The notes beneath the pieces were generated by a model. It made no database searches. It worked only from the letters and a program-made list of their open reading frames with translations, and was not told the origin of the DNA. The position numbers and the translations under genes are program-made. This document shows positions 27,801 to 40,300 of a DNA stretch of 64,000 bases, piece by piece (the stretch's first letter is position 1; every line of letters starts with the position of its first letter). The stretch spans positions 9,920,001 through 9,984,000 of the forward strand of contig OZ193909.1 of NCBI GenBank assembly GCA_964276515.1, in the 5' to 3' direction. The stretch comes from Gordius albopunctatus. Taxonomy: Eukaryota.

Positions 27801-30800
27801 GTCCTCAAAAATTATTAACTTTAAATCACGATCAAATAGAGTTTGTTTCTCAAAAACTAGAGACACGCTTAGAAAGCGATTTTGAAACAATCTAAACGCA
27901 ACACGAAAAGTTTAGTTTCTCTCAATCTAAAACCTCACCCCGTGCAAAAATTATCATACGGATTCTAACAAGGACATGATGCTAAGAATATTTACTAACT
28001 TTTAAAAATTCTTTCAGCCCCCTTTTGATAGAATATGAAAATAAATATTTTTTTCGACATCAAAAATTTTTCAATTTTTTTGTTCAACAATATAGCCGTC
28101 ATGAAAGTTTTTGATATCAGAGGTCAATTAGTGAAAAATTTTTTGATCAGTCCTCAAAAATTATTAACTTTAAATCACGATCAAATAGAGTTTGTTTCTC
28201 AAAAACTAGAGACACGCTTAGAAAGCGATTTTGAAACAATCTAAACGCAACACGAAAAGTTTAGTTTCTCTCAATCTAAAACCCACCCCGTGCAAAAATT
28301 ATCATACGGATTCTAACAAGGACATGATGCTAAGAATATTTACTAACTTTTAAAGATTCTTTCAGCCCCCTTTTGATAGAATATGAAAATAAATATTTTT
28401 TTCGACTTCAAAAATTTTTCAATTTTTTTGTTCAACAATATAGCCGTCATGAAAGTTTTTGATATCAGAGGTCAATTAGTGAAAAATTTTTTGATCAGTC
28501 CTCAAAAATTATTAACTTTAAATCACGATCAAATAGAGTTTGTTTCACAAAAACTAGAGACACGCTTAGAAAGCGATTTTGAAACAATCTAAACGCAACA
28601 CGAAAAGTTTAGTTTCTAAATTTTAAAGATTTTTTCATCCCCCTTTCGAAAGAATAGGAAAATAAATATTTTTTTCGACATCAAAATTTTTTCAATATTT
28701 TTGTTCAACAATATAGCCGTCATGAAAGTTTTTGATATCAGAGGTCAATTAGTGAAAAATTTTTTGATCAGTCCTCAAAAATTATTAACTTTAAATCACG
28801 ATCACATAGAGTTTGTTTCGCAAAAACTAGAGACACGCTTAGAAAGCTATTTTGAAACAATCTAAACGCAACACGAAAAGTTTAGTTTCTAAATTTTAAA
28901 GATTCTTTCAGCACCCTTTCCATAGAATATGAAAATAAATATTTTTTTCGACATCAAAATTTTTTCAATTTTTTTGTTCAACAATATAGCCGTCATGAAA
29001 GATTTGATATCAGAGGTCAATTAGTGAAAAATTTTTGATCGTCCTCAAAAATTATTAACTTTAAATCACGATCAAATAGAGTTTGTTTCTCAAAAACTAG
29101 AGACACGCTTAGAAAGCGATTTTGAAACAATCTAAACGCAACACGAAAAGTTTAGTTTCTTAATTTTAAAGATTTTTTCATCCCCCTTTCGAAAGAATAG
29201 GAAAATAAATATTTTTTTCGACATCAAAATTTTTTCAATTTTTTTGTTCAACAATATAGCCGTCATGAAAGTTTTTGATATCAGAGGTCAATTAGTGAAA
29301 AATTTTTTGATCAGTCCTCAAAAATTATTAACTTTAAATCACGATCAAATAGAGTTTGTTTCACAAAAACTAGAGACACGCTTAGAAAGCGATTTTGAAA
29401 CAATCTAAACGCAACACGAAAAGTTTAGTTTCTAAATTTTAAAGATTTTTTCATCACCCTTTCGAAAGAATAGGAAAATAAATATTTTTTTCGACATCAA
29501 AATTTTTTCAATATTTTTGTTCAACAATATAGCCGTCATGAAAGATTTGATATCAGAGGTCAATTAGTGAAAAATTTTTGATCGTCCTCAAAAATTATTA
29601 ACTTTAAATCACGATCAAATAGAGTTTGTTTCACAAAAACTAGAGACACGCTTAGAAAGCGATTTTGAAACAATCTAAACGCAACACGAAAAGTTTAGTT
29701 TCTAAATTTTAAAGATTTTTTCATCCCCCTTTCGAAAGAATAGGAAAATAAATATTTTTTTCGACATCAAAATTTTTTCAATTTTTTTGTTCAACAATAT
29801 AGCCGTCATGAAAGTTTTTGATATCAGAGGTCAATTAGTGAAAAATTTTTGATCGTCCTCAAAAATTATTAACTTTAAATCACGATCAAATAGAGTTTGT
29901 TTCTCAAAAACTAGAGACACGCTTAGAAAGCGATTTTGAAACAATCTAAACGCAACACGAAAAGTTTAGTTTCTCTCAATCTAAAACCTCACCCCGTGCA
30001 AAAATTATCATACGGATTCTAACAAGGACATGATGCTAAGAATATTTACTAACTTTTAAAAATTCTTTCAGCCCCCTTTTGATAGAATATGAAAATAAAT
30101 ATTTTTTTCGACTTCAAAAATTTTTCAATTTTTTTGTTCAACAATATAGCCGTCATGAAAGTTTTTGATATCAGAGGTCAAAAAGTGAAAAATTTTTTGA
30201 TCAGTCCTCAAAAATTATTAACTTTAAATCACGATCAAATAGAGTTTGTTTCACAAAAACTAGAGACACGCTTAGAAAGCGATTTTGAAACAATCTAAAC
30301 GCAACACGAAAAGTTTAGTTTCTAAATTTTAAAGATTTTTTCATCCCCCTTTCGAAAGAATAGGAAAATAAATATTTTTTTCGACATCAAAATTTTTTGA
30401 ATTTTTTTGTTCAACAATATAGCCGTCATGAAAGTTTTTGATATCAGAGGTCAATTAGTGAAAAATTTTTTGATCAGTCCTCAAAAATTATTAACTTTAA
30501 ATCACGATCAAATAGAGTTTGTTTCAGAAAAACGAGAGACACGCTTAGAAAGCGATTTTGAAACAATCTAAACGCAACACGAAAAGTTTAGTTTCTCTCA
30601 ATCTAAAACCTCACCCCGTGCAAAAATTATCATACGGATTCTAACAAGGACATGATGCTAAGAATATTTACTAACTTTTAAAGATTCTTTCAGCCCCCTT
30701 TTGATAGAATATGAAAATAAATATTTTTTTCGACTTCAAAAATTTTTCAATTTTTTTGTTCAACAATATAGCCGTCATGAAAGTTTTTGATATCAGAGGT

Positions 30801-33800
30801 CAATTAGTGAAAAATTTTTGATCGTCCCCAAAAATTATTAACTTTAAATCACGATCAAATAGAGTTTGTTTCTCAAAAACTAGAGACGCGCTTAGAAAGC
30901 GATTTTGAAACAATCTAAACGCAACACGAAAAGTTTAGTTTCTCTCAATCTAAAACCTCACCCCGTGCAAAAATTATCATACGGATTCTAACAAGGACAT
31001 GATGCTAAGAATATTTACTAACTTTTAAAGATTCTTTCAGCTCCCTTTTGATAGAATATAAAAATAAATATTTTTTTCGACTTCAAAAATTTTTCAATTT
31101 TTTTGTTCAACAATATAGCCGTCATGAAAGTTTTTGATATCAGAGGTCAATTAGTGAAAAATTTTTTGATCAGTCCTCAAAAATTATTAACTTTAAATCA
31201 CGATCACATAGAGTTTGTTTCGCAAAAACTAGAGACACGCTTAGAAAGCTATTTTGAAACAATCTAAACGCAACACGAAAAGTTTAGTTTCTAAATTTTA
31301 AAGATTCTTTCAGCACCCTTTCGATAGAATATGAAAATAAATATTTTTTTCGACATCAAAATTTTTTCAATTTTTTTGTTCAACAATATAGCCGTCATGA
31401 AAGTTTATGATATCAGAGGTCAATTAGTGAAAAAAATTTTTGATCAGTCCTCAAAAATTATTAACTTTAAATCACGATCAAATAGAGTTTGTTTCACAAT
31501 AACTAGAGACACGCTTAGAAAGCGATTTTGAAACAATCTAAACGCAACACGAAAAGTTTAGTTTCTCTCAATCTAAAACCTCACCCCGTGCAAAAATTAT
31601 CATACGGATTCTAACAAGGACATGATGCTAAGAATATTTACTAACTTTTAAAGATTCTTTCAGCCCCCTTTTGATAGAATATGAAAATAAATATTTTTTT
31701 AGACTTCAAAAATTTTTCAATTTTTTTGTTCAACAATATAGCCGTCATGAAAGTTTTTGATATCAGAGGTCAATTAGTGAAAAATTTTTTGATCAGTCCT
31801 CAAAAATTATTAACTTTAAATCACGATCAAATAGAGTTTGTTTCACAAAAACTAGAGACACGCTTAGAAAGCGATTTTGAAACAATCTAAACGCAACACG
31901 AAAAGTTTAGTTTCTAAATTTTAAAGATTTTTTCATCCCCCTTTCGAAAGAATAGGAAAATAAATATTTTTTTCGACATCAAAATTTTTTGAATTTTTTT
32001 GTTCAACAATATAGCCGTCATAAAAGTTTTTGATATCAGAGGTCAATTAGTGAAAAATTTTTTGATCAGTCCTCAAAAATTATTAACTTTAAATCACGAT
32101 CAAATAGAGTTTGTTTCTCAATAACTAGAGACACGCTTAGAAAGCGATTTTGAAACAATCTAAACGCAACACGAAAAGTTTAGTTTCTCTCAATCTAAAA
32201 CCTCACCCCGTGCAAAAATTATCATACGGATTCTAACAAGGACATGATGCTAAGAATATTTACTAACTTTTAAAGATTCTTTCAGCCCCCTTTTGATAGA
32301 ATATGAAAATAAATATTTTTTTCGACTTCAAAAATTTTTCAATTTTTTTGTTCAACAATATAGCCGTCATGAAAGTTTTTGATATCAGAGGTCAATTAGT
32401 GAAAAATTTTTGATCGTCCCCAAAAATTATTAACTTTAAATCACGATCAAATAGAGTTTGTTTCTCAAAAACTAGAGACGCGCTTAGAAAGCGATTTTGA
32501 AACAATCTAAACGCAACACGAAAAGTTTAGTTTCTCTCAATCTAAAACCTCACCCCGTGCAAAAATTATCATACGGATTCTAACAAGGACATGATGCTAA
32601 GAATATTTACTAACTTTTAAAGATTCTTTCAGCTCCCTTTTGATAGAATATAAAAATAAATATTTTTTTCGACTTCAAAAATTTTTCAATTTTTTTGTTC
32701 AACAATATAGCCGTCATGAAAGTTTTTGATATCAGAGGTCAATTAGAGAAAAATTTTTTTGATCAGTCCTCAAAAATTATTAACTTTAAATCACGATCAC
32801 ATAGAGTTTGTTTCGCAAAAACTAGAGACACGCTTAGAAAGCTATTTTGAAACAATCTAAACGCAACACGAAAAGTTTAGTTTCTAAATTTTAAAGATTC
32901 TTTCAGCACCCTTTCGATAGAATATGAAAATAAATATTTTTTTCGACATCAAAATTTTTTCAATTTTTTTGTTCAACAATATAGCTGTCATGAAAGTTTA
33001 TGATATCAGAGGTCAATTAGTGAAAAAAATTTTTGATCAGTCCTCAAAAATTATTAACTTTAAATCACGATCAAATAGAGTTTGTTTCACAAAAACTAGA
33101 GACACGCTTAGAAAGCGATTTTGAAACAATCTAAACGCAACACGAAAAGTTTAGTTTCTAAATTTTAAAGATTTTTTCATCCCCCTTTCGAAAGAATAGG
33201 AAAATAAATATTTTTTTCGACATCAAAATTTTTTCAATTTTTTTGTTCAACAATATAGCCGTCATGAAAGATTTGATATCAGAGGTCAATTAGTGAAAAA
33301 TTTTTGATCGTCCTCAAAAATTATTAACTTTAAATCACGATCAAATAGAGTTTGTTTCTCAAAAACTAGAGACACGCTTAGAAAGCGATTTTGAAACAAT
33401 CTAAACGCAACACGAAAAGTTTAGTTTCTCTCAATCTAAAACCTCACCCCGTGCAAAAATTATCATACGGATTCTAACAAGGACATGATGCTAAGAATAT
33501 TTACTAACTTTTAAAAATTCTTTCAGCCCCCTTTTGATAGAATATGAAAATAAATATTTTTTTAGACTTCAAAAATTTTTCAATTTTTTTGTTCAACAAT
33601 ATAGCCGTCATGAAAGTTTTTGATATCAGAGGTCAATTAGTGAAAAATTTTTTGATCAGTCCTCAAAAATTATTAACTTTAAATCACGATCAAATAGAGT
33701 TTGTTTCACAAAAACTAGAGACACGCTTAGAAAGCGATTTTGAAACAATCTAAACGCAACACGAAAAGTTTAGTTTCTAAATTTTAAAGATTTTTTCATC

Positions 33801-36800
33801 CCCCTTTCGAAAGAATAGGAAAATAAATATTTTTTTCGACATCAAAATTTTTTGAATTTTTTTGTTCAACAATATAGCCGTCATGAAAGTTTATGATATC
33901 AGAGGTCAATTAGTGAAAAAAATTTTTGATCAGTCCTCAAAAATTATTAACTTTAAATCACGATCAAATAGAGTTTGTTTCACAAAAACTAGAGAAACGC
34001 TTAGAAAGCGATTTTGAAACAATCTAAACGCAACACGAAAAGTTTAGTTTCTAAGTTTTAAAGATTTTTTCATCCCCCTTTCGAAAGAATAGGAAAATAA
34101 ATATTTTTTTCGACATCAAAATTTTTTCAATTTTTTTGTTCAACAATATAGCCGTCATGAAAGATTTGATATCAGAGGTCAATTAGTGAAAAATTTTTGA
34201 TCGTCCTCAAAAATTATTAACTTTAAATCACGATCAAATAGAGTTTGTTTCTCAAAAACTAGAGACACGCTTAGAAAGCGATTTTGAAACAATCTAAACG
34301 CAACACGAAAAGTTTAGTTTCTCTCAATCTAAAACCTCACTCCGTTCAAAAATTATCATACGGATTCTAACAAGGACATGATGCTAAGAATATTTACTAA
34401 CTTTTAAAGATTCTTTCAGCCCCCTTTTGATAGAATATGAAAATAAATATTTTTTTCGACTTCAAAAATTTTTCAATTTTTTTGTTCAACAATATAGCCG
34501 TCATGAAAGTTTTTGATATCAGAGGTCAATTAGTGAAAAATTTTTTGATCAGTCCTCAAAAATTATTAACTTTAAATCACGATCAAATAGAGTTTGTTTC
34601 ACAAAAACTAGAGACACGCTTAGAAAGCGATTTTGAAACAATCTAAACGCAACCCGAAAAGTTTAGTTTCTAAATTTTAAAGATTTTTTCATCCCCCTTT
34701 CGAAAGAATAGGAAAATAAATATTTTTTTCGACATCAAAATTTTTTGAAATTTTTTTGTTCAACAATATAGCCGTCATGAAAGTTTTTGATATCAGAGGT
34801 CAATTAGTGAAAAATTTTTTGATCAGTCCTCAAAAATTATTAACTTTAAATCACGATCAAATAGAGTTTGTTTCACAAAAACTAGAGACACGCTTAGAAA
34901 GCGATTTTGAAACAATCTAAACGCAACCCGAAAAGTTTAGTTTCTTAATTTTAAAGATTTTTTCATCCCCCTTTCGAAAGAATAGGAAAATAAATATTTT
35001 TTTCGACATCAAAATTTTTTCAATTTTTTTGTTCAACAATATAGCCGTCATGAAAGTTTTTGATATCAGAGGTCAATTAGTGAAAAATTTTTTGATCAGT
35101 CCTCAAAAATTATTAACTTTAAATCACGATCAAATAGAGTTTCTTTCACAAAAACTAGAGACACGCTTAGAAAGCGATTTTGAAACAATCTAAACGCAAC
35201 CCGAAAAGTTTAGTTTCTAAATTTTAAAGATTTTTTCATACCCCTTTCGAAAGAATAGGAAAATAAATATTTTTTTCGACATCAAAATTTTTTGAAATTT
35301 TTTTGTTCAACAATATAGCCGTCATGAAAGTTTTTGATATCAGAGGTCAATTAGTGAAAAATTTTTTGATCAGTCCTCAAAAATTATTAACTTTAAATCA
35401 CGATCAAATAGAGTTTGTTTCACAAAAACTAGAGACACGCTTAGAAAGCGATTTTGAAACAATCTAAACGCAACACGAAAAGTTTAGTTTCTAAATTTTA
35501 AAGATTTTTTCATCACCCTTTCGAAAGAATAGGAAAATAAATATTTTTTCGACATCAAAATTTTTTCAATTTTTTTGTTCAACAATATAGCCGTCATGAA
35601 AGATTTGATATCAGAGGTCAATTAGTGAAAAATTTTTGATCGTCCTCAAAAATTATTAACTTTAAATCACGATCAAATAGAGTTTGTTTCTCAAAAACTA
35701 GAGACACGCTTAGAAAGCGATTTTGAAACAATCTAAACGCAACACGAAAAGTTTAGTTTCTCTCAATCTAAAACCTCACCCCGTGCAAAAATTATCATAC
35801 GGATTCTAACAAGGACATGATGCTAAGAATATTTACTAAATTTTAAAGATTCTTTCAGCCCCCTTTTGATAGAATATGAAAATAAATATTTTTTTCGACT
35901 TCAAAAATTTTTCAATTTTTTTGTTCAACAATATAGCCGTCATGAAAGTTTTTGATATCAGAGGTCAATTAGTGAAAAATTTTTTTCGATCAGTCCTCAA
36001 AAATTATTAACTTTAAATCACGATCACATAGAGTTTGTTTCGCAAAAACTAGAGACACGCTTAGAAAGCTATTTTGAAACAATCTAAACGCAACACGAAA
36101 AGTTTAGTTTCTAAATTTTAAAGATTCTTTCAGCACCCTTTCGATAGAATATGAAAATAAATATTTTTTTCGACATCAAAATTTTTTCAATTTTTTTGTT
36201 CAAAAATATAGCCGTCATGAAAGTTTATGATATCAGAGGTCAATTAGTGAAAAAAATTTTTGATCAGTCCTCAAAAGTTTTTAACTTTAAATCACGATCA
36301 AATAGAGTTTGTTTCTCAAAAACTAGAGACACGCTTAGAAAGCGATTTTGAAACAATCTAAACGCAACACGAAAAGTTTAGTTTCTCTCAATCTAAAACC
36401 TCACCCCGTGCAAAAATTATCATACGGATTCTAACAAGGACATGATGCTAAGAATATTTACTAACTTTTAAAGATTCTTTCAGCCCCCTTTTGATAGAAT
36501 ATGAAAATAAATATTTTTTTCGACTTCAAAAATTTTTCAATTTTTTTGTTCAACAATATAGCCGTCATGAAAGTTTTTGATATCAGAGGTCAATTAGTGA
36601 AAAATTTTTGATCGTCCCCAAAAATTATTAACTTTAAATCACGATCAAATAGAGTTTGTTTCTCAAAAACTAGAGACGCGCTTAGAAAGCGATTTTGAAA
36701 CAATCTAAACGCAACACGAAAAGTTTAGTTTCTCTCAATCTAAAACCTCACCCCGTGCAAAAATTATCATACGGATTCTAACAAGGACATGATGCTAAGA

Positions 36801-37174
36801 ATATTTACTAACTTTTAAAGATTCTTTCAGCTCCCTTTTGATAGAATATAAAAATAAATATTTTTTTCGACTTCAAAAATTTTTCAATTTTTTTGTTCAA
36901 CAATATAGCCGTCATGAAAGTTTTTGATATCAGAGGTCAATTAGAGAAAAATTTTTTTGATCAGTCCTCAAAAATTATTAACTTTAAATCACGATCACAT
37001 AGAGTTTGTTTCGCAAAAACTAGAGACACGCTTAGAAAGCTATTTTGAAACAATCTAAACGCAACACGAAAAGTTTAGTTTCTAAATTTTAAAGATTCTT
37101 TCAGCACCCTTTCGATAGAATATGAAAATAAATATTTTTTTCGACATCAAAATTTTTTCAATTTTTTTGTTCAA
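15800..37174 (+). repeat. Satellite A subfamily A2 block (mixed long and 76-bp-deleted monomers)
   Basis: Diagnostic alleles ATTATTAAC, AATAGAG, CATGATGCT, CGACATC/CGACTTC and CCTCACCCC. The deletion junction GTTTCT|AAATTTTAAAG is frequent and the 619-bp short+long dimer is common (16416/17035, 20059/20678/21297). An A1-like island lies at ~17280-18130. Confidence 0.9.
22500..30400 (+). repeat. 12-monomer HOR of satellite A (S-L-L-S-L-L-S-S-S-S-S-L), period 3639 bp (~2 copies)
   Basis: ORF starts 22810/26449, 23429/27068, 23777/27416, 24396/28035 and 24744/28383 are each 3639 bp apart; 26449/30089 is 3640. There is an internal 967-bp trimer duplication. Ends are approximate. Confidence 0.92.
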
Positions 37175-37374
37175 NNNNNNNNNNNNNNNNNNNNNNNNNN
37201 NNNNNNNNNNNNNNNNNNNNNNNNNNNNNNNNNNNNNNNNNNNNNNNNNNNNNNNNNNNNNNNNNNNNNNNNNNNNNNNNNNNNNNNNNNNNNNNNNNNN
37301 NNNNNNNNNNNNNNNNNNNNNNNNNNNNNNNNNNNNNNNNNNNNNNNNNNNNNNNNNNNNNNNNNNNNNNNNNN
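37175..37374. other. Assembly gap (200 N)
   Basis: Exactly 200 N. A round number like this is typical of a fixed placeholder from scaffolding or curation, so the true size is unknown. Confidence 0.99.
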
Positions 37375-40300
37375 ATGACGGCTATATTGTTGAACAAAAA
37401 AATTCAAAAAATTTTGATGTCGAAAAAAATATTTATTTTCCTATTCTTTCGAAAAGGGGATGAAAAAATCTTTAAAATTTAGAAACTAAACTTTTCGTGT
37501 TGCGTTTAGATTGTTTCAAAATCGCTTTCTAAGCGTGTCTCTAGTTTTTGTGAAACAAACTCTATTTGATCGTGATTTAAAGTTAATAATTTTTGAGGAC
37601 TGATCAAAAAATTTTTCACTAATTGACCTCTGATATCAAAAACTTTCATGACGGCTATATTGTTGAACAAAAAAATTGAAAAATTTTTGAAGTCTAAAAA
37701 AATATTTATTTTCATATTCTATCAAAAGGGGGCTGAAAGAATTTTTAAAAGTTAGTAAATATTCTTAGCATCATGTCCTTGTTAGAATCCGTATGATAAT
37801 TTTTGCACGGGGTGAGGTTTTAGATTGAGAGAAACTAAACTTTTCGTGTTGCGTTTAGATTGTTTCAAAATCGCTTTCTAAGCGTGTCTCTAGTTTTTGA
37901 GAAACAAACTCTATTTGATCGTGATTTAAAGTTAATAATTTTTGAGGACGATCAAAAATTTTTCACTAATTGACCTCTGATATCAAATCTTTCATGACGG
38001 CTATATTGTTGAACAAAAAAATTGAAAAAATTTTGAGGTCGAAAAAAATATTTATTTTGATATTCTTTCGAAAGGGAGCTGAAAGAATCTTTAAAAGTTA
38101 GTAAATATTCTTAGCATTATGTCCTTGTTAGAATCCCGAGAAGAATTTTTGCACGGGGGGAAGTTTTAGATTGACAGAAAGTAAACTTTTCGTGTTGCGT
38201 TTAGATTTTTTCAAAATCGCTTTCTAAGCGTGTCTCTAGTTTTTGAGAAACAAACTCTTATTTGATCGTGATTTAAAGTTAAAAACTTTTGAGGACTGAT
38301 CAAAAATTTTTTTCACTAATTGACCTCTGATATCAAAAACTTTCATGACGGCTTTATTGTTGAACAAATAAATTGAAACATTCTGAGGTCGAAAAAAATA
38401 TTTATTTTCATATTCTTTCGAAAGGGGGCTGAAAGAATCTTTAAAAGTTAGTAAATATTCTTAGCATTATGTCCTTGTTAGAATCCGTATGATAATTTTT
38501 GCACGAAAGGAGGTTTTAGATTGAGAGAAACTAAACTTTTCGTGTTGCGTTTAGATTGTTTCAAAATCGCTTTCTAAGCGTGTCTCTAGTTTTTGAGAAA
38601 CAAACTCTTATTTGATCGTGATTTAAAGTTAAAAACTTTTGAGGACTGATCAAAAATTTTTTTCACTAATTGACCTCTGATATCAAAAACTTTCATGACG
38701 GCTTTATTGTTGAACAAAAAAATTGAAACATTCTGAGGTCGAAAAAAATATTTATTTTCATATTCTTTCGAAAGGGGGCTGAAAGAATCTTTAAAAGTTA
38801 GTAAATATTCTTAGCATTATGTCCTTGTTAGAATCCGTATGATAATTTTTGCACGAAAGGAGGTTTTAGATTGAGAGAAACTAAACTTTTCGTGTTGCGT
38901 TTAGATTGTTTCAAAATCGCTTTCTAAGCGTGTCTCTAGTTTTTGAGAAACAAACTCTTATTTGATCGTGATTTAAAGTTAAAAACTTTTGAGGACTGAT
39001 CAAAAAATTTTTTCACTAGTTGACCTCTGATATAAAAACTTTCATGACGGCTATATTGTTGAACAAAAAAATTGAAACATTTTGAGGTCGAAAAAAATAT
39101 TTTTTTTCATATTCTATCAAAAGGGGGCTGAAAGAATCTTTAAAAGTTTGTAAATATTCTTAGCATTATGTCCTTGTTAGAATCCCGAGAAGAATTTTTG
39201 CACGGGGGGAAGTTTTAGATTGACAGAAAGTAAACTTTTCGTGTTGTGTTTAGATTGTTTCAAAATCGCTTTCTAAGCGTGTCTCTAGTTTTTGTGAAAC
39301 AAACTCTTATGATCGTGATTTAAAGTTAAAAAATTTTGAGGACTGATCAAAAAATTTTTTCACTAATTGACCTCTGATATCAAAAACTTTCATGACGGCT
39401 ATATTGTTGAACAAAAAAATTGAAACATTCTGAGGTCGAAAAAAATATTTATTTTCATATTCTTTCGAAAGGGGGCTGAAAGAATCTTTAAAAGTTAGTA
39501 AATATTCTTAGCATTATGTCCTTGTTAGAATCCCGAGAAGAATTTTTGCACGAAAGGAGGTTTTAGATTGAGAGAAACTAAACTTTTCGTGTTGCGTTTA
39601 GATTGTTTCAAAATCGCTTTCTAAGCGTGTCTCTAGTTTTTGAGAAACAAACTCTTATTTGATCGTGATTTAAAGTTAAAAACTTTTGAGGACTGATCAA
39701 AAAATTTTTTCACTAATTGACCTCTGATATCAAAAACTTTCATGACGGCTATATTGTTGAACAAAAAAATTGAAACATTCTGAGGTCGAAAAAAATATTT
39801 ATTTTGATATTCTTTCGAAAGGGAGCTGAAAGAATCTTTAAAAGTTAGTAAATATTCTTAGCATTATGTCCTTGTTAGAATCCCGAGAAGAATTTTTGCA
39901 CGGGGGGAAGTTTTAGATTGACAGAAAGTAAACTTTTCGTGTTCCGTTTAGATTTTTTCAAAATCGCTTTCTAAGCGTGTCTCTAGTTTTTGAGAAACAA
40001 ACTCTTATTTGATCGTGATTTAAAGTTAAAAACTTTTGAGGACTGATCAAAAATTTTTTTCACTAATTGACCTCTGATATCAAAAACTTTCATGACGGCT
40101 TTATTGTTGAACAAAAAAATTGAAACATTCTGAGGTCGAAAAAAATATTTATTTTCATATTCTTTCGAAAGGGGGCTGAAAGAATCTTTAAAAGTTAGTA
40201 AATATTCTTAGCATTATGTCCTTGTTAGAATCCGTATGATAATTTTTGCACGAAAGGAGGTTTTAGATTGAGAGAAACTAAACTTTTCGTGTTGCGTTTA

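Larger units (their letters stand above)
1..37174 (+). repeat. Satellite A tandem array, forward orientation (~350-bp monomer plus ~273-bp deletion monomers)
   Basis: Anchor TTCAACAATATAGCCGTCATG recurs at 1, 352, 702, 1048, 1399, 1749 and onward to the gap with no unique sequence in between. Monomers differ by scattered SNPs and small indels. The array begins upstream of the window. Confidence 0.99.

Noticed and set aside
37122..37463. ORFs spanning the N run
   Set aside because: Artefacts of translating Ns.
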